A program made the translations under genes and the position numbers. Positions 58,161-64,000 of a stretch of 64,000 nucleotides of DNA are shown one piece after another (the first letter of the stretch is position 1; each line of letters begins with the position of its first letter). The stretch covers positions 4,216,001-4,280,000 of the forward strand of contig JBHGNT010000010.1 in the NCBI GenBank assembly GCA_043228905.1, written 5' to 3'. Below the pieces are notes generated by a model, which made no database searches, was not told where the DNA came from, and was given only the letters and a program-made list of their open reading frames with translations. Source of the stretch: Azolla caroliniana (lineage: Eukaryota > Plantae > Polypodiophyta).

Positions 58161-58554
58161 CAAAGGCATAGAGGAAGTGTCGACAAGAGTGAACCCTCCA
58201 CAAGCAAGGGGAGTTAGAATGGTGTTGGGAACTGACACAGAAAAACCAATACGGACTGCTGATATTGTGGCCGAAAGGGCCACAAAGAGAGTGAGTGTTG
58301 GAAGAAGAAATCGGATTTGGACAAAGTTGAATCAAGTCATGCCGATGGAGAAAGGCGGCAACAATCGCATTATGCTAAAGGCTCAAGGTGAGCCGGAACA
58401 GGCCTTGCCTTCGTCATGAAGTACAAAGCCAACTCGATGGCGGTGAGCACCTCGAAACCAAAGGAGGTGTGGTATGTGGATTCCGGCGCATCGAACCACA
58501 TGACAAACCATGAAGAATGGTTCTCTTATCTTGAGAAGCTGGAACATCCGGGGG

Positions 58555-59016
58555 TGTCATGATATGGCATGGCATGGCTCCAAAAGGATTTGGACCTATG
58601 TCCTTATGTTACATGGGTTAAACCCTTACCATTAAACTATGCATTGTAATACGAAAAATACTATTTTCATTTATTATTTCACTATAGCAAATTCATGTAT
58701 ATTCCAGATTACTCTAGAACATTCTAGAAACTTCAGGAATACTACTAACAATACTATAAATAGAGGCACATGGCATTATTCAGAACCAATTCGGTTCAAC
58801 GCCAGTCTTAAGCCTCCTAGCTGTTCTTGTATCCTTCTTCATATAATATACTTCTTGTTGTCATCATTCACTCTCTCTACTCTCTCTCCCCCTCCCTCGC
58901 TCCTTCTCTCCCCCTCTCGTGACTCTCACACACTTTTTCCCTTCTTAGTACTAATCCTCATTCTTCCCCTCTATCTTTAGTACTAATTCTCCCTGCCTCT
59001 AGTACTATCCCTGACA
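58555..59016 (+). mobile_element. Solo LTR (462 bp) of the chromovirus E family
   Basis: TGTCATGATAT...CTGACA; TSD GGGGG (58550-54, 59017-21); homologous to 45432-45857 throughout. Confidence 0.92.
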
Positions 59017-59234
59017 GGGGGTCGTCGAAACTAGTGACGACACTCCTCACCCCATCGAACACATTGGAGACGTCCCTTTGAGACATGTCCCTTATTACAT
59101 GGCATTCTCTGTCCCAACTTGACTCCTATTCGGCGCCATAAAGGCACCCCATTATCTTACACAGTTATACATGGGTGAGTGCTCACGCCACAACCCGCCG
59201 ATATTCCCAATAGGCCCGGTTTTCTCACTATGGC

Positions 59235-59600
59235 TATGAATCTTCACGACAACGGTTCGGTTCGGTTTCAACAATAAAAAACCGCGGTTTAAACGGTTTA
59301 ACGGTTTTTTTATTTTTATTTTTATTTTAAATTGTAAAAAAAAATTTAAATTGTTTTTAAATAATATTTTCATTTTTAGACCTTATTCTCACATTTTAGG
59401 AACATCTTAAAAAAATTTAAAAATGAAATATTATAAATTTTAAAAAATTAAAATTTTGACCTATGTTGAAAACCAAAACCGAACCACAAAACTGCGGTTT
59501 TTACGGTTTAATGGTTTGGTTTGGTTTAGGTTTCAAAAAAATTTAACGGTTCGGTTTGGACCCTCTCAAACCGAGCCATACCGAACCGTTGTCGATTGTA
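59235..59600. mobile_element. Degenerate MITE related to the 33510-33793 hAT-type element
   Basis: Inverted cgacaacggttcgg (59247-60) / ccgaaccgttgtcg (59581-94); aaaccg/cggttt motifs flank an AT-rich core; no TSD seen. Confidence 0.6.
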
Positions 59601-60509
59601 ACAAGTCGGGACTAAGTAGGGACAACTCGCCAAAACCAACAAATAAGAGAGATAGCAAAATGGTTGCACACTCCTTAAAACTAGGATGATGAGAATGAAA
59701 GAATAGGAGAGAATGAAAATAATGGGAATGGTTACGAAGGAGTGGATCGTCGTTATATAGGCCAAATATGGTTGTTGGGACTAGAAGTTGGGTGGTCCCC
59801 TTGGAACTAGGTTGTCCAACCCAAGATGGTGCCTTCTTTGGGACTAGGGTTGGCCCCATTGGTGGGTTCCAACTCAGATTGGGACTGTGTCCTAGTTGGG
59901 GCAACCTAGGGACACCACACATGTTGTTGAAGGGTATTATAAGCTAAGTTTGATATAACTGTTGATGGGAGTATAAAATTTACTTTTGTGTTTTTCTTTG
60001 CAACATAGAATCTTCTCTTCACCTTTTGTCTTATTCTTGTATCAAGGATTAAGTGATTAATAAAAAAAGGTTTGTGATTAATAAAAAGAGGTTTTCTAAC
60101 TCCTACTTGGATTTAAATTTTCTTTAAGTAGCAAATCACTGGTTAGAGACCGTCATAGTTGAGTGATTGTTTCTTAGTTATTTAATCTTGTTATGAGCTT
60201 TGAAGCAATTCACTTGAACTAACTATGAGTTTACAACTTCTTTTGCCTGTCTTTCCAACAACAATGTGGATAGTTGTGCATGATCAACGACCTCAACTAG
60301 GGAGTACAAATCTTGATCAAGTATAGATGTGCTCAGAGTAAACACCTAGAGATACACACTTCTCAAAGTGTTCAAGACGGAGGACTGTAAGTCAACTTCC
60401 ACACTAATGGAGATCAACTTAAAGTTGTTGAAGATTAGGAGATGAAGGTTGGATAGATTAGAAAAATATCAATCCCTAGTTGAAGGCTAGGAGAGGACGG
60501 GATCCTATA

Positions 60510-61110
60510 TTTCTACAACATGAGTCCAAACGTAACCTATGTGGTAAGAGTGTTGGCACAATTCACAACAAATCCAAAGAAGGGACATTGGCAAGCTAGG
60601 ATGCATACTCTTAGATACATAAAGGGTATAATCAAATATGACATCCTTCATGACCAAAGGACAAAGTAATTCGAGTGTTGTGATTCCAACTAGGAGGGAT
60701 CCAAAGAACAAGAGGCCAACTTATAAACTATGTTTGACTCTTGGGTTTCAAATATTTTCATGAAATACCAAGAAGCAGTTGAATGTTCATTATCTTCGAT
60801 GAAAATCGAGTATAATTTGCCATGCCCTGCATGCCATGAAGTAGTATAGTTAAGAAAGTTTTTGGTAAAAATCTAGATGTTGATTGATGGAAAACCAACA
60901 CCCAAAGTCGCATTCCTATCATAGATTATATGTTGTATGGGCTGATTAAACATATTGGAATTCAATATCACCTCATACAAAAACTCATTTCTAATGAGAA
61001 GGTGAGCAACACAGGTAGATGTGACAACCAAAGTTGTTTTGCAAACACAAGTAATATGTCATATAGGCAAACTAGACATATTGAGATTCAGTGCCCCTCA
61101 TATGAAAGGT
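60510..61110 (+). pseudogene. Highly decayed Copia RT/RNase H remnant
   Basis: Reads PNVTYVVRVLAQFTTNPKKGHWQARMHTLRYIKG..CDSN, then KHIGIQYHLI and RHIEIQ. Confidence 0.65.
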
Positions 61111-62642
61111 CATATTAGAATATTCTCCATTATAGGAGAACTATGCTTCTCTCTTCATGAAGACCCTAAGACATGAGCAGCCTAAGAAGTAGTTGTGATT
61201 AGTTCAAGTGGGAGGATACCATGCAAGTAGAGAAAAGTTTTATATGTATTTGTTGGCTCAAGACATGAGACACATCCCTCTTTGTAGTGAATTGTGCTAT
61301 AACCAAGCCTAAGCACTTTGCATACTATACATATCTCTTTTGCCTCATCACTTCATTTTATTTTCCATGTATCCAATGGCTCAATCCTTTTATACTCATG
61401 TTGAATATAATGACATTGTCACAACTAACTATTATCATTTGGTATGTACGATGTCTACACAAGAAAGTGTTAAAAGTAAATTTGGTCATGCATACTTTTT
61501 ATCTCAAGGAATGCCGAAACACTTGAGAATATAGATGTCAAATTCTCAAAACACTCCATGCAAGTTTAAATGCTCATGAAATATTATAAATGCTTGTATG
61601 CTTTATGTGTTCATGGAAAAAGGACTTTATGAGAGTGGAGAACTTGATACAAAGGTATGAAACATTTACACATTTGAAAAAGTATGTGGATACAAGATAT
61701 AGTATGCTTATTTAAAATAAATACGGTAGTAATAATGTGCTGGGAATTAAAATGAAGGATGTTCATATGTGATGATGTAGTTATAAATGTCATGCTTTAC
61801 AAGCTTATGGTTGTCAATGGTCATTCAAGTCTAATGCAATGGGTTTAATAGAAAGAAGAAGTAATATTATCTCTTTGAAATAACTACAAAAAATGATGTA
61901 TTGATAACTTTGAAATGATTATACTAACAAAGTGGTTCTAAATTCTACCTACAAAATTGCTGATGGATTTTACCCATGTAACTAAAATGCATGCATGAAT
62001 GCTACAAATTTTAAATTATTACAACATTTTGAACATGACATATCCTAGTTAAAGGAGCAAATTACATGCATTTTTTTGGTGACATATCCATGTCAAAAAA
62101 TGTAATGCAAATAGTGTCAATCAAATATCTCGGTGGAAAAATAATCCTTGGAAAGGAAATTTGTTGACATATTCTTGGAAAGGAAATTTGTAGGTGGAAA
62201 ATAAACGCGCTAAATGGTTGGATTTGAAAGGCAAGGAGCCGTGGTGTAAATGATTACATATGCAAGAAATAAACATAGTACATTGATCTCCAATATAACA
62301 GATCTAACTTGTAATGAAGACTTCTTGGTAGTATGATAGAAACGGTGTTCAGATGGTTTTGGTCATTGAAGAATATTCAAATTTTTATGTGCTACATGAG
62401 TACATATGAGTGGATACATAGTGTTGTTTGAATGCTTCTTGCGAGAAAAGTTAAAAGTCAAGAAAGATTTTTTTTTACATATGCTCACTTTAATTGTAAA
62501 AAATCTTTTAATAACACCACAACACGTGTTAGGTTGACGTAAAATGTCGTTCACTTTTTCATCATTTCGTTTACATAGAAGAATCATAATGTCAAAAAAT
62601 TAAACAATCAAAAGAACCCTACGAACAAATAATAATCGATGC

Positions 62643-63618
62643 CGTGTTGGCTAAAATACCGGTTTTCAGATTAGAATGGGACCCAATGGATTATCAGTGG
62701 ACAGACCCTTTTACGGGTAACAAATTTAATTTTTTCCAATATTCTGTACAGTTAGGAAGACATGTGCTTTCAGATATACGAGATGTGACACCGGCTGCTT
62801 TTCAATTTTGGAATCAACAAGGTATTACTCCCCAATTCCTGGCAAATTTTTGGGTAGTGTTATGGGCTAGAAAACAGCCACACCAAATATTGCATGTACA
62901 GTGGTTGCTTGTACATCGAGCCTTGCCAGTTGGCACATGGCTACATAGGATGGGAGTAGAGTCTACTTGCGCACGATGTCGTTTACAAATGGAAACTCAA
63001 AAACATTGCTTATGGGAATGTATTGAGTCTCAATTGATATGGCAACGTCTCCTTAGAATTTTTGCTAATTATTTCTCCCTGTTGGTTTTCACTTGGGGTA
63101 TGGTGGTTTGGACATCTCTTGTCCGTGATGTATTTCATTATGATAACGAATCAATGGACCATGGATTTTGCACTAATTTTGGAAGAGTACATAAAGTACC
63201 ATTGTTGTCACTACAGTTTACAGGAATACGAAAGGAAGTCCAACCAGTATGGGAGATATTGAGTAGTACCACTATATATCATATTTGGAAGACTAGGTGC
63301 TCTCTTATTTTCCAACAACTGAAAACACCACCGGCCGAATTGGTCTCAAATATTTGGTTAGACATAGTGCATACTTTGAAGGGACAATGGGATGGTATTA
63401 TTGGTGACTCTGATGCTAAGATTGCTCAACGGCATGAGTTTATCACTATATGGAAACCTTCTCCATTCATGACAGCCAACTGTGGTACTCCTTATTGGCA
63501 TTATCAACCTCCGAAATGGTTGTTCCCCCCCCCCAATTACATAGAACTTTGAATCTTGTAAAATGACTATACTAATGACAGGATATTTTTAAAAAAAATA
63601 AATAATAATAATAATAAT
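62643..63618 (+). mobile_element. 5'-truncated L1-like LINE (zf-RVT C-terminus; 302-aa open frame 62644-63552)
   Basis: FWVVLW..QWLLVHRALPVG..CARC..ETQKHCLWEC..IYHIWKTRCSLIF; A/(TAA)n tail; 15-bp TSD AATAATAATCGATGC (62628-42, 63619-33). Confidence 0.9.
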
Positions 63619-64000
63619 AATAATAATCGATGCTCTTCCTCAACAACAAAGTATGGATAGAGACAAAACCAAAGGAACACTACCATAAAAACTCAATTTG
63701 TGACCCAATTCAATCTCTCAAGCTTTTCATCACACAAACATTCTCTAGAGATGCCCATGAATATAAAAATATATGTAGTGAACACCAACTAATTGTGGGG
63801 AATTAGTTGGTCTTAGAAGACGTTAATATATATTTCTATCTCTCTCTCTCTCTCTCGACCCCCCGCCACCTGCCCCCCCCAAAAGTAAAACTAAACTTTT
63901 GAAACTGCCTATATGCATTCAACCTTAAATTTTCTGTACATATTTGTATTTTATTCCATGTCTTCCGTAAAAAGTATAGGTAGATGTTTGCACTTCAAGT

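Larger units (their letters stand above)
36095..59090 (+). mobile_element. Old degenerate Copia D (relative of A/C), host of a 23-kb nest
   Basis: 5' LTR ~36095-36506, PBS TGGTATCAGAGC 36507-18. Gag fragments 36618-36999 (with ~120-bp tandem duplication), 51828-52255, 58161-58554 and 59017-59090 are colinear with copy C gag/PR (EKLDRSN, KDAWGNL, KLQLRQE, WYVDSGASNHMT). No 3' half seen. Confidence 0.85.

Overview
Eukaryotic land-plant DNA, probably a fern or other non-seed plant (inferred from intron style, microsatellite load and a Tcn1-type chromovirus). Two intact spliced host genes lie on the minus strand: a 7-exon atypical SDR/NAD(P)-binding Rossmann protein (At5g02240/At2g37660-like, 274 aa, 4934-10423) and an 11-exon ABCG11-like half transporter (699 aa, 25201-28875). 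Most of the rest is transposable elements, mapped by eye from termini and target-site duplications (TSDs). Copia A (12648-22656) carries a very young nested Copia B (12992-18471). A 23-kb nest (36095-59090) is built on an old Copia D. D is split by a TIR DNA element (37000-51827) that contains a 1.5-kb palindrome, a Gag-only LTR element with its own solo LTR, and a truncated LINE interrupted by a chromovirus; D is also split by Copia C and a solo LTR. A second truncated LINE, MITEs, tRNA-derived SINE heads, further solo LTRs and tandem duplications complete the window. The most notable observations are: an antisense tRNA-like Pol III cassette in the chromovirus LTRs, together with a tRNA-independent self-priming structure; a ~240-aa post-RNase H Pol extension bracketed by duplicated polypurine tracts; the unclassified 4-bp-TSD TIR element with its palindrome; and a 3'-terminal motif shared by two divergent LINEs. 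All calls come from manual reading; no database searches were run.
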